Source: Octopus vulgaris
Taxonomy: Eukaryota
Assembly: GCA_951406725.2 (NCBI GenBank)
Contig: OX597838.1
Location: forward strand, 43,710,001-43,774,000
Reading direction: 5' to 3'
DNA length: 64,000 nt
This document shows, piece after piece, positions 27,480 through 41,126 of this stretch. The notes beneath the pieces are model-generated. The model saw only the letters and a program-made list of their open reading frames with translations, ran no database searches and was not told the DNA's origin. A program made the position numbers and the translations under genes. The stretch's first letter is position 1. Each line of letters begins with the position of its first letter.

Positions 27480-27770
27480 CCTTCCCAAGCCATGCTCGGC
27501 TCATAGGCCCAGTTTCCCGGTTTCCTTGGCGTATAGGTTCCCCACCTGGATGGCACGCCGGTCCGTCGCAGGTGAGCTGCAAGATGCAGGAGGAAAGAGT
27601 GAGAGAAAGTTGTGGCGAAAGAGTCAGCAGAAGTTCGCCATTACCTTCTGCCGGAGCCGCGTGGAGCTAAGGTGTTTTCGCTCATAAACACACACATCAC
27701 CCTGTCTGAGATTCGAACTCGCGATCCCATGACCGCGAGTCCGCTGCTCTAACCACTAAGCCATGTATCT
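27480..27770 (-). mobile_element. SINE family B
   Basis: Head atggcttagtggttagagcagcggactcgcggtc..gagttcgaatctc on the minus strand. Confidence 0.85.
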
Positions 27771-27819
27771 CCTACTTTGTTATGTAATATTGTTATATTA
27801 GTATCGCATTTTGGTACAA

Positions 27820-28008
27820 GGATTGAAATTATCGTGGGAGGGTTAAGTCGATTACATCAACTCCAGTACTCAACCGGTACTTATTTTTCTAACCTCGAAT
27901 GAATGAAGATGGAAGTCGACGGAGTACGAACTCAGAACGTGTAAACGGACAAAATGCCGTTCAGCTTTTTGCCTTGTGTGCTAACCATTCTGCCAGCTCG
28001 CTGCCTTT
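27820..28008 (-). mobile_element. SINE family C, diverged
   Basis: Reverse-complement similarity to 50920-51153. Confidence 0.7.
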
Positions 28009-28614
28009 AAGTTGTTATATTATATTTTGTGGTGCATTGTTGTGTTATATTATGTTTTTATATTACGAGTCCAGAGGTAATGGTGGGTGGTATTGTATTG
28101 AAAGATTTCAGGTTCATTCCATATGCTTCTTAAACACATTTAGTTTCATATGACATTTTAATATGTTTGCTTTGCAACTAAATGACTTCGGGGATTCTGT
28201 TTTTGCGTTGTAGGCTCAACACGTCACTTGTTCAACATTGACATACCAAATCCTTGTGTGTCTTTAATGAACACGATCTGCTACAACCAATCGGGCCTGG
28301 CTTTTGATCTGGTCACTGAAGACAACTTCTACTTCCACTAGTTTAAGGGGTATTGGAATACATTTATGGTGCTACGGTGGCCAAACTTTCTCTTCTGAAT
28401 AAGTCATTAAGAGAAGAAAAAAATACATTTGTGTTCTGATTTAGGCACAAGGCCAACAATTTTGAGATAAGGGGTTATTCCATACTATCGACCTCAGTGA
28501 TGGACTTGAAACTCATTTTATTGGCCCTGTTGCGACGAAAAGAGAAGTTGTTCTCAAGGTATTTAGTACAACACTTAGCACCTGTCGACAATTATCCGCC
28601 TCTAATATTGATTT

Positions 28615-28790
28615 CAAATTCTGACACAAGGTCAGCAAGATTTTTGGTTGGGAGAGTGTGAGCCAATTACATCGACTCCAGTCCTCAACTGGTAATTACT
28701 TATCGACCCCGAAAGGATGAAAGGCAAAGTCGACCTCAGAGGAATTTTAACTCAAAACATAAAGAGGGGCGAAATGCCGCTAAGCATCTC
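28615..28790 (-). mobile_element. SINE family C fragment
   Basis: ttatcgaccccgaaaggatgaaaggcaaagtcgacctc..gaaatgccgctaagcat. Confidence 0.8.
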
Positions 28791-29479
28791 GGATAATCAA
28801 GAAATCGATGTTTCTTTTTCCGTTTTCCTTCTCCAATCTGACAAATCTATTCGGCGATGCGAAGAATAATGCTCTTCCTGTTCTGAGTAAGTTTAATCCC
28901 AAATGCTACTCGCTAGTATGCTTTGGTAGACTGTGTCAGGTTTACATAGACGAAAGTATAATCACTCCGTAGGCCCTCGCATTCTTGATCCAGTGGAACA
29001 GGCAGGATATAACAGCTGGAGGAGCAACGGAGTTGTGTCAGCAATCGTTTGATGCATATTTTCAACCGAATTGACCGGATCAAAGCGGAATGTGAAATGA
29101 TGCGTCACGTTGAAGGACACAGCATCCAGCAGCTCCGTTTGGAAATCGAACACACGTCCTTACGGTCGATAATGAGGCCAAAACCGACAACCACTTGATC
29201 ACATGGTTTTCATTACCTCAGCCATTGACAAAAATTTCTTGGACTGGATGTGTCTGTGTATTCCGTCTTGGACGGAATGGAATGATTGGGTGCGGCTGTT
29301 TTGGCTCGGCTGACCGGACATTGAATTTGTTTTGGGGAGGGTACTTTTTGGTACTGGATGAGAATACACACACACACACACACACGCACTCGCGCGCACG
29401 CACACACACACACATGTACACGCTGAAATATATACTCGCAGATAATGAAATTAAAAGGTGGACATCACAGTTTATCAAC

Positions 29480-29860
29480 TGAACGTAGTAGCAGAACTGT
29501 TCGCTGGATTATGGGTGACCCATTGATAAGGTTTCGTATCCAGCAAACAACTTTACTCAGAAACTGGAATGCATCCTGTTACTTGTCTGATTCAGAAGCA
29601 CCAGCTCAGGCTGTTTGGCCACGTTGCTCGATTTTTGCGAGTTAGACCCTGCTTATCGTGTTTTCTTCACCGAGGACCCGGATGGGTTGAGGCCCATGCT
29701 GGTCGACGGCATGGTCATGTCAGATGAGGTGTTTTCTCACAGAGATGGGGACTGACAGAGACTCTAGTCGACGGGTCGCCCAGGGAACCCGGGAATATTT
29801 CAACAATTGGTGAATGCGGTAACGAGTTGCAACGGTGCATGCCCCCCCCCACATCTTACT
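29480..29860 (+). mobile_element. RTE-clade LINE 3' end relic
   Basis: ETGMHPVTCLIQKHQLRLFGHVARF resembles the RLR(W/L)FGHV.R motif C-terminal to the RT of RTE elements. Confidence 0.7.
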
Positions 29861-29938
29861 TGATTGACATAAACGCTTTCCCTCTGCTCATAGACATGGA
29901 GAGAAATATGCTTGCTCGCATAAGCACACAAAGAAAGC

Positions 29939-29985
<47 letters not shown>

Positions 29986-30545
29986 GAAGAGAGAGAGAGA
30001 GCGATTGAAACATTAAAAAGTCTAATGTCAAATAAGTCAGCGTTAAATCATTGACGCCATATAGGCGGCGCAAAAACAGCTGTGCCATGACGTCTTATAT
30101 CCCTCTTTTTTTATATAGAGACGAAATAATATCGGTATCAAGCACCAAACAACGACAGAATTCGTTTGATTATCTCAGTTGGTGTTACTAGAAATAGTCA
30201 AGACAACAACACTAGTCTAGCTTCATTAGCAAATAAACAATCCGATAAACATTTAAAGACAACAAACAACAAACAAAGGCAACAACAATAAACAAGTGTC
30301 TTATCCATACGAATAAGTCCATTACCATTATATATTATATATTACGGCTATTAATCTTATAATTGATATTTGCTTGTAAATAATCGTCGTTTAAAGAAAT
30401 GCCAGAACAATTTTATTACGTACTTATATTCCTAGTTATCTTTTACGAGTTTCTCTTTGAGTTTTGGCTTTTTTTTGTGATTTTTAACACTTTTATTAAG
30501 CGAAAACACGTAACATAAAACACAAATTACAACAGGGTCCTTAAA

Positions 30546-30870
<325 letters not shown>

Positions 30871-31289
30871 ATGTATGTATGTAAATGCGTGAGGAAGACA
30901 AAATAAAGATAACGATACGGGAGGAGCAAGATAATCGCAAAAATTAATCAACGGACATAGTAATTAATGGCAATTTAGTGAATGCAATCTAAAATTTTAT
31001 GTTTCTCTATGACCATTATTATATTCCTGTCTTTAAATAAAAATAAAATTCCTTCAACATACCTACAGATGCACACACACACGTATACATACATACATAC
31101 ATTTATGTTTACACGATTCGCACATATATATTTGTATACACAGTTCTCATACGTTGTCTCACCTGAAAATCCACGTACATTCACTTTCACCCAAACATAC
31201 TTAAACACAAATATATAATATACGCATATTCATATATAGAAATAAGCGTACATCTGTATAACACAATGGCTGTTATACTTTCGCTGTAG

Positions 31290-31940
31290 GGCTGGCAGAA
31301 ACGTTAGCACGCCGGGCGAAATGCGTAGCTGTATTTCATCTGCCGTTACTTTCTGAGTTCAAATTCCGTCGAGGTCGACTTTGCCTTTCATCCTTTCGGG
31401 GTCGAGAAATTAAGTACCAGTTACGCACTAGGGTAGATATAATCGACTTAATCCGTCTGTCTGTCCTTGTTTGTCCTCTCTGTGTTTAGCCCCTTGTGGG
31501 TAGTAAAGAAATAAGAATAGTTAGCACGTCGGAAGAATGCTTAGCGGTATTTCGTCCGTCCTTAGGTTCTGAGCTCACAACCCACCGAGGTCGACTTTGC
31601 ATTTCATTATTTTGGGGTCGATAAAATAAGAACCAGTAATGCACTGGGGTCGATGTGATTGATTTATCCCTTCCCTCGAAATTGCAGGCCTTGTATCAAC
31701 ATTTGAAACCAATATTTCGTTTGTACCGGGAAGCGAGCTGGCATAATCGGTAGCATGCCGGTAAAAATGCTAAGCGGCATTTCGTCCGTCTTCACGTTCT
31801 GAGCTTAAATTCCTCCGAGGTCGACTTTGCCTTTCATACTTCGGAATCGATAAAAATAAGTACCACTTACGCACTGGGGTTGATCTAATCGACTTAGCCG
31901 TCTCCTGAAATTGCTGGCTTTGTGTCCAAAAAATTTGAAT
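31290..31940 (+). mobile_element. Three head-to-tail SINE family C copies
   Basis: gaggtcgactttgc(c/a)tttcat at about 31371, 31588 and 31817, each with its own head and tail. Confidence 0.88.
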
Positions 31941-32428
31941 CAATTATACTTTCCCGAAATATTTGAAATTGAAGTTCAATTTATTCTGTGGTTATGCCAA
32001 ATCGTCTTTCCTGAAATTTACCTTCTATGTTTACTTTAGTGCTATAAGTATTATATCGATTCCTATGACTGACAGGGTCGATTACTCGGTTTCCATGGTG
32101 TATAAGAGACTGGGATCACAACATACTCCCTAAACGGAATGCTAGTCGGTCGCAAGGTTAAACCTTTACAGGTCTCTTTGCCGAACTGCTAAGTTACGGG
32201 GACGTAAACAAACCATCACCGGTTCTCAAGTGGTGGTGGGGACAAACAGAGGCACAAAGGCAAATATATAAGACGGGCTTCTTACAGTTTCCCTCTACCA
32301 AATCCGCTCAGAAGGTTTTGGTCGACACGAAACTATAGTAGAAGGTAGAACCCACTTGTCCAAGTTGTCACACAGTGAGACTGAACCCAGACCCATGTTG
32401 TCGGGAAGCTATCTTCTTGATACACAGC

Positions 32429-32464
<36 letters not shown>

Positions 32465-33009
32465 ACACACACACACACATATATATATAATGTATATATA
32501 TAAATAAATAAATATATATATATATTTATGTACGTTTATGAAATATCTACCTATATAAATGTGTGTGTGTATGTATATATATATATTTATATTCAAGTGC
32601 ACGAAAATAATTAGATATACGGATGCACACACACGAACACATTAATACAAAATGCATAGATACAAACAAGGGCATACTCCACGTGCAGTCTTTAAAATCT
32701 ATTTGGAAAGCGGTGGAATAAATGCCAGGTTTTAAAAGCAATGCACTGGGGTTCGATTTCTTCGACTGAACACTTCAAGGCGGTGCTCCAGCAAGGCCAC
32801 AGCCGAATGACTGAAACAAGTGGAAGAAAAAAGATATACGGCGGACTTTCCTGACATAATAAACAGATGAAGGTTGCGCTATTCCTTACTGAACAGTCGA
32901 TTTGTCGACAGGGATCAAATGTTTTCATTCCTGCCATCACATCCCATAATGGCTGTACAGGTGCACGGTGTGCCACACATCAGGTGTCATTTTTATTTAT
33001 TTATGCGCC

Positions 33010-33260
33010 CTTCTCAAGCCTAGCCAGGCTCATGGGCCCGGTTTCCCGGTTTCTGTGGCGTACGTGTTCCCCCTAACTGGACGGGACGCCAGTCCATCGC
33101 AACGTTACTCAAGAAACAAGAAGAAAGAGTGAGAGAAAGTCTCGTGGAGCTTTAGGTGTTTTCGTTAAATAAACACACACAACGCCCAGCCTGGGAATTG
33201 AAACCGCGATTCACTGACCGCGAGTCCGCTGCCCTAAACACTGGGTCATTGCTCCTCCAC
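33010..33260 (-). mobile_element. SINE family B
   Basis: Shares aagcctagccaggctcatgggcccggtttccc..gaccgcgagtccgctgccctaa with 27480 and 40400. Confidence 0.85.
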
Positions 33261-33763
33261 ATCAGGTGTCATAGTCATCGAAAATTGAAGTGTTTTTCCC
33301 AAGAAGTCAACGCAAAGCTCGGTCAAGTAATCGAAACCGCCACCTTAATATCAGGGGCGCAACACACTAACGAATAGGCTATAGATATATACACACTCAT
33401 ACACACTTATAAACTAATAAGAAACCATCACACAACATTGCGTTAGATATTGGTTGCTTGAAATAGCAAATGCATTTCGTTCGAGATTAGAAACGCTTTG
33501 AAGCAAATATACAAGGTATAAAAACAAAATGACTGCATAACTATAAACAGAATACTCTCCTCTCCCGTTGCGAGAACTCTAGAAGAAATTTTAAAAAATC
33601 TACGATAAATATGGTGGTAATTTTTTTAGAAAGCGAGCGAAGAGTATTTTCGTGAGCGAATTAACAGAGAGCTATATATATATATACAGCCTTGGATTTT
33701 TATCTCATTACGCAAAAAATTCTTATATATATATATATATGTATATATGTATATATATGTGTA

Positions 33764-33841
<78 letters not shown>

Positions 33842-33952
33842 CGTTCCTATGTGTTTATGCGTGTGTGTGTGCCCGCGCGCGTTGTGTGCATGTATCGCCT
33901 GTATATATGTACACACACACACACAAACACAGACACACACACACACACGCAC

Positions 33953-34033
<81 letters not shown>

Positions 34034-34056
34034 CATATATATGTGTGTGTATGCAT

Positions 34057-34087
<31 letters not shown>

Positions 34088-34733
34088 AAGAGAACGAGAG
34101 GGAGATAGGCCGAGAGAGAGAGAAAGAGAGAGACTGAACGAGGGAGAGCCAATGAGAAGGAAGGAGAGACAAATTCATATTTATCTCTCTCTATATCTAT
34201 TTACGGGTATATTCAAGCGCACCCGGTTATCTACATATCGCTATGTGTATGTGCGCATGAGCATACGTGTCTCTGTGCGCGTGCGTTTGTTTATATTTAT
34301 TTTTTACAAGCAATTACATATAGGTAAGCATATCTGTATATAAATGAACACACAGACCAACACACACGCATACACACCTGAGTATGTATATATTATAAAT
34401 AATAGTATTGTGCGTATGTATTTATATCTATAAGCATTTATGTGTCTATATGTGCACTATATGTATATGCATATATGTATATATATATACATATATATAT
34501 GCATATAAATATATACATATAAACATATATATATACATATATGCATATACATATATATACATATAATAATATATATGTATATAATACTACTATAAATTAT
34601 AAGATAAGTGTTTTGTTCACCTTCAAAATTTGTACGAGTATTTACTGGTGTAGAACTAAAATCACTTTTAGTTAGGATGACGTTTCGAGAAGAAAGAATC
34701 ATTCCTGGAGCCATGTACTTTTATACATTTATA

Positions 34734-34787
<54 letters not shown>

Positions 34788-34790
34788 CAT

Positions 34791-34842
<52 letters not shown>

Positions 34843-35047
34843 GTATATATATATTTGTAAGTATATGTATAGATATATATATGTATGTTAGTGTGTGTGT
34901 GTGTACGTATATATATATATACACTTACATAAGCAGGTAGGTAAATACATATATGCATATGTGTGAGCATATGTATATAATTATGTATGTATCTTCTGTT
35001 CTCTATTTTTCTATCACATACACATACATATACACACAGACACACAG

Positions 35048-35082
<35 letters not shown>

Positions 35083-35190
35083 CATAAATGCACATCTATA
35101 CATACCTACCAATTAATGCATATATATATATATGTACTATAAAGTGCAGAGATGAAGTGGCATAGGGATTGAAAGAGGAACAAAGACAAT

Positions 35191-35241
<51 letters not shown>

Positions 35242-35443
35242 AGAGAGAGAGAGTGAGAGGGTGAGATGTTCCCTGATATGTAATAAACCACAAAGTGCAT
35301 GATTCAATAAGGAATGAGAGTTTTGGTTTTTGGTTTTGTTTTTATTGTTTCCGGAAAAAAAATCGTACCCGGAGCCATAATTATTGGAATTGTTAGAATT
35401 GCAGAACAGAAAAACAATCAGGTAAGAATAAATAACTGAACTA

Positions 35444-35537
<94 letters not shown>

Positions 35538-35911
35538 GTGTGTGTGTGTATACAGGCGATACACGCACACAACGCGCGCGGGCACACACACACGCATAAA
35601 CACATACGAACGCGCACACACACATACATGTATGTATATATATATATGTATGTATATATATATATGTATATGTAAGAATTCTGAAAAATGTAGATGGAGA
35701 AAGGAACCCACAGAGTGTAGGAAAGGAAACAAAATTAAATAGTACAAGAGAGGCAGAAGAGAGCAGGAGTGAGAGTGAGAGTGAGAGTTAGATAGACAGG
35801 GTTCGATTGATTGATAGCTCTATAGATTGAGAGATAGAAAGTCAGAGAGAAAAAGGGATTTACAGCATCAATCTCCGTATTTGGATTTCGTTTCTTTTGA
35901 ACAAACCAATC

Positions 35912-35962
<51 letters not shown>

Positions 35963-35978
35963 CATATATATATATATT

Positions 35979-36040
<62 letters not shown>

Positions 36041-36089
36041 TATATACACATATTTATATATGCGTGTGTGTGTATATATATGTATATAT

Positions 36090-36131
<42 letters not shown>

Positions 36132-36702
36132 TAGAGAAAAACCACTATTATGTAATTCAAATAATGATAGACATAGACCAAATCATAAAGAAAAAATAAT
36201 ATATATTATAAAACATATAACTAGATCACAAAAAGTACAAAAACATGAATAAACAATATATAATAAGTAAAAAGACTACAGAGTTTCTTCTATCAGAAGA
36301 ATCATGATTTTATTTCTTTAAGAAATATTGTTTAATTCTATTTGAATATTTATTTAATTATTATTGTTATCATTGTTGACCTGAGAAGTGACTATGCTTT
36401 TAAATTGAATTGTTTTTCGATTAAATTTTAATTGAATTGTAATTCGAATTGAAGTTATAACCACGAAACGTACGTTGTCTTTTTAATTATCTATTGCTTA
36501 CTCCTTTTTTTGTACTTTTTGTGATCTAGTTATATGGCTTATAATATATTTCATTTTTTCTTTATGATTTGGTTTATGTCTATCATTGTTTGAATTGCAT
36601 AACAGTGGTTTTCTTTAATTTATATATATTATATATTTATATTGTGAAATTTGATTTAATACTAAATTGAATTTTTCCATGTAAGTTTGGAGCTATACTC
36701 CC

Positions 36703-36840
<138 letters not shown>

Positions 36841-36923
36841 ATATATGTGACAATTATTCGGTTGCCATAACATAACTCCGAATTTCGGATGTCGGGGCGG
36901 AAATCTGCTCCAGCATCTCTTCA

Positions 36924-36955
<32 letters not shown>

Positions 36956-37015
36956 TGAAGAGATGCTGGAGCATATATATATATATATATGTATGCATGA
37001 GTGTGTGTGTGTGTA

Positions 37016-37063
<48 letters not shown>

Positions 37064-37105
37064 TATATATATACATATGTATATGTATATCTATATATAT
37101 ATATG

Positions 37106-37149
<44 letters not shown>

Positions 37150-37616
37150 TGATGACGATTGACCGACCTGTTGAAGATGACGTATGAGCGTTCAGCTTTC
37201 GCCGAACAACCAGCAGAAATGATTCGCTTATAGTGATCAAATGTATGCACTGTACATTAGATCAGGTCCTCCATCAAATCCACGTTGTCCTAACAGGTGC
37301 ACAGTGTATCGTGCATCAGATGAGAGGAAGCATTTTGTACAAGAACACACCGTGTCACTTGGTCTTAGAATTGAAACGATCCTGCGACATTTATATATTC
37401 ATTTATTTATTTTTACCGTTGAGAAGCAAAAAAATCATCGAAACCGGTTTGGTATTCGAATAAAACTTTTGCAAAAATAAAAAGAAAACAACTTCACCTC
37501 TTGAGATTCAGGTGGATTTTCAAACCCCAAAACAAATTCTCACATATTTTTCCCGCGTGAGAATTTCTCATCATTGTCCATAATATGTATGCATATATAT
37601 ATATCAAGCAAATACA

Positions 37617-37651
<35 letters not shown>

Positions 37652-37655
<4 letters not shown>

Positions 37656-37840
37656 GCCATGATAGATCGGTAGCCACTACACACATTTTTCTCTCTCCTT
37701 GTTTCTTTCTGTGTTCATTTCTGTGGAAGAGCGTAGGCTCGAAACGTAAAAGACTTTTTCTATTCCTGAGCGCTATACTAATAAATCTGTTTGTTTTCTA
37801 CACCACCTATCTTCGTCTTTTGCTTTTTTTCGTGAATTCT

Positions 37841-37843
<3 letters not shown>
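37652..37843 (+). mobile_element. Solo terminus of the Penelope-like family between two (TA)n tracts
   Basis: ctgtggaagagcgtaggctcgaaacgtaaaagac plus a tail homologous to 24500-24630 and 58615-58741. Confidence 0.8.
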
Positions 37844-37906
<63 letters not shown>

Positions 37907-37909
37907 GTG

Positions 37910-38220
37910 GAGGCACAATGGCCCAGCGGTTAGGGCAGCGAACTCGCGGTCGTAGGATCGTGGTTTCGATTCACAGACTGGACGTTGTGAGTGTTTATTG
38001 AGGGAATACACCTAAAGCTCCACGGGGCCCCGGCAGCGGGTGGTGGTGGCGATCTCTGCTGTATTCTTTCGCCGCAACGTTTCCTCACTCTTTTTTCTGT
38101 TGGCCTGCTCGCTTAGCCAGCGGGATGGCATCATTTGAAGGATAAAACAATGCGAAGTGCATTGTGATCAGCGATTTGTAGCAACATCTGATAACCTAGT
38201 CGGTCACGGTGGTCACGGTG
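37910..38220 (+). mobile_element. SINE family B
   Basis: ggcacaatggcccagcggttagggcagcg..ggtttcgattc head, short tandem tail ggtcacggtg. Confidence 0.85.
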
Positions 38221-38238
38221 ATATATATATAGCAAAAA

Positions 38239-38276
38239 CTGTCCGACGAACGGGAACGTGAAACTCAGAGTAACAG
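38239..38276 (+). ncRNA. Compact hammerhead-like motif, U4C core variant
   Basis: CUGU CCGACGA ACG GGAA CGU GAAA CUC A GAG UA ACAG. All three stems pair. Confidence 0.7.
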
Positions 38277-38313
38277 GTTTTGTTGAATTTTCTGCTGCTT
38301 TAAGTAAAGTAAA

Positions 38314-38377
<64 letters not shown>

Positions 38378-38669
38378 TTCTAATATAAGGATAAAATTCT
38401 ATTGAAGAATTTTATTAGTGGTCAGCATATGAAAAATAGCTTTTAAGATGAAATTTATAAATACGATTATAAATAAGAGCAAAGATAAAACATTTTCTTT
38501 GCCAACATGCTGATAAATTAGACGCCAGATCGTCTAAGCGTCGGCACGTCGTATAATAAATACAAGTGAAAATATTTTAGGTGGTTAGACGATTTAGCGT
38601 CTATTTTTCAGAATATTGGCAAAGAAAATTTTTCTTTTTGCTTTTATTTATAACTATATATATGTATGT

Positions 38670-39178
38670 GGCGGCGCAATGGCCCAGTAGTTATGGCAGC
38701 GGACTCGCGGTCGGAGGATCGCGGTTTCGATTCCCAGACCGGGCATTGTGAGTGTTTATTGAGCGAAAACATCTAAAGCTCCACGAGACTCCGGCAGGGG
38801 GTGGTCGTGATCCCTGCTGTACTCTTTCACCACAACTTTCTCTCACTCTTTCTTCCTGTTTCTGTTGTACCTGTATTTCAAAGGAGCCAGCCTTGTGTCA
38901 CACTCTGTGTCACGCTGAATCTCCCCGAGAACTACGTTAAGGGTACACGTGTCTGTGGAGTGCTCAGCCACTTGCACGTTAATAAATGAGCTGCGACGTC
39001 AATGATGCCAAGCTGTATTGGCCTTTGCCTTTCCCTTGGATAACATCGGTGGTGTGGAGAGGGAGGCTGGTATGCGTGGGCGACTGCTGGTCTTCCATAA
39101 ACAACCTTGCCCAGACTTTTACCTCGGAGGGTAACTTTCTAGGTGCAATCCCATGGTCATTCATGACCAAAGGGGGTC
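38670..39178 (+). mobile_element. SINE family B with composite tail
   Basis: Head ggcgcaatggcccagtagtt..ggtttcgattccc; tail is the reverse complement of 13770-13960. Confidence 0.85.
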
Positions 39179-40397
39179 ACACATATATGTATATATATAT
39201 ATATGTTTTATCCAAATTACCGAGCATCACGTGCCTATGTCATAATACTTACAAACACTCTACCTTCTCTACGTCTTTTTTACACTCACTATATGTGTGT
39301 GTGTGCGAGCACGCCTCTGTGTGTGTGTGTGTGTATGAATTTGTATGCAAGTGTGTGTATAGTGTGCTGATGTGTGCGTTGTTAAGAATATGTATATTTA
39401 TATATGTGCGTGTGTGTATTTGTGTGTATAAGAGATTATATGCATGTGTATCTTTGTTGGTATACATGTATTATGTAATACAAGTTGTAAATATATTTGC
39501 ATATATTTATATCATTCTAAATGCATATATTATCCACGAATTATTACCTGAGGGAAAATTATAATGACATTTTATGCAGTTTGCTACATAAAACCGTGAC
39601 CTTTCCTACATTCTAGACAACATTTTTTTTATTGCTGCGCGTGATGGGATGACTTCTCGATCTGTTTTTCCTTTTTTATCTTTTTACCAGTAATAGTATT
39701 ACGTTGGGAGCCATGGTAAAGTAATAGAAAATGCAGAAAAATGACTAACCAATAAGATACGTTCAAAGCATTCTTAGACCCAGAGGTGATAAAAAATATA
39801 ATAAAAAAGAAAGAGAAAAACATCGGTCTTTGAACTGAAATAGCAATATATTTTTTTCAAGCAAGAATCTTATAACTTGTAGGATTATTAGCTTGTGAAA
39901 GACTTTACAGGATCTAGTAATTCAAGGTCGGATCCAACGCTTCAATTATGATTAAGTAACTGATTATGGAACACACTGGAATAAAAAACAAACATAATTC
40001 TTCGCTTATTATTATCATTTATCATCTTCCTGATGAATGATTCTTTCGATCGATCCTCTTTTGCCAATTCTACGGAAATAGTATTCTTTTGTTCAACATT
40101 GGTACCCAGACCACTGAAAGTGGAAGTAAAAGAATATATGCTTACATTTGAATTTTTTGATATTTAATTAACTGCTGCCATATGACTTCAGCCATGGTGG
40201 GGCACCTCTTTTTAAGGGTTTAGTCGAACAAATCAATCCCAGTACTTATTTTAATCCGGTACTAATAATATCGGTCATTTTTAACGAATCCCTAATTTGC
40301 AGGGATGTTGCAGGCGAGTGGGGATCCGGAAACAAACACAAACACAAAGACACATACACATTATATATAAGTATATATAATAAAAAATAGATAAATG

Positions 40398-40642
40398 CGC
40401 CCTTTTTTAAAGCCTGGCTAGGCTCATGGGCCCGGTTTCCCGGTTTTTATGGCGTATGTGTTCCCCAGCTGGACGGGACGCCAGTCCATCGCAGCGTGAC
40501 CCATTTTTGTCAGCTGAGTGGACTGGAGCAATGTGATATGAAGTGTTTGCTCAAGAACACAACGCATCGCCGGGTCCAGGAATCGAAACCACAATCTTAC
40601 AATCATGGTGATGACACCCTAACCACTAAGCCACGCGCCTCC
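40398..40642 (-). mobile_element. SINE family B
   Basis: Head ggcgcgtggcttagtggttagggtg..ggtttcgattcctgg on the minus strand. Confidence 0.85.
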
Positions 40643-40763
40643 ACATAAGTATATATATATATAGTTAATCCAAACAAGAAAACAAAAACAAAAAAACAAC
40701 AACGCAAGGGCGTGGAACAAATAAAGTATTATTGGACGCTCAGGAAAGAAGGGAAGAAGGAGG

Positions 40764-40798
40764 GTTTGACGTTTCGAGTGGAGCTCTTCGTCGGAAAC
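40764..40798 (-). ncRNA. Minimal hammerhead-like motif, U4C core variant
   Basis: GUUU CCGACGA A GAG CUCCA CUC GAAA CG UC AAAC, inside a short element (about 40662-40866) bounded by (TA)n. Confidence 0.65.
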
Positions 40799-40863
40799 AT
40801 AGGAGAAGGAAAGATCCCGAGAAGGGAAGACAGGGGAAAAAATCGCTAGTGATACAGACGAGG

Positions 40864-40916
<53 letters not shown>

Positions 40917-41073
40917 CATATATATATATATTTATATGCGCACGTATATATATATGTGTGCACATATATTCATATATATTTTTATATACATATACATTGA
41001 TGTATATGTATATACATATATGAATGTATATGTGTCTGTTAGTACATATGAATGCATGTATATATGCATATAA

Positions 41074-41126
<53 letters not shown>

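Noticed and set aside
34672-34712. Minus-strand GAAACGUC hammerhead remnant
   Set aside because: The 5' core is missing, so it is at most a deleted relic.
37910-38745. tRNA genes at SINE B heads
   Set aside because: A/B-box-like heads run into SINE bodies without a full acceptor stem, so they are tRNA-derived SINE heads.
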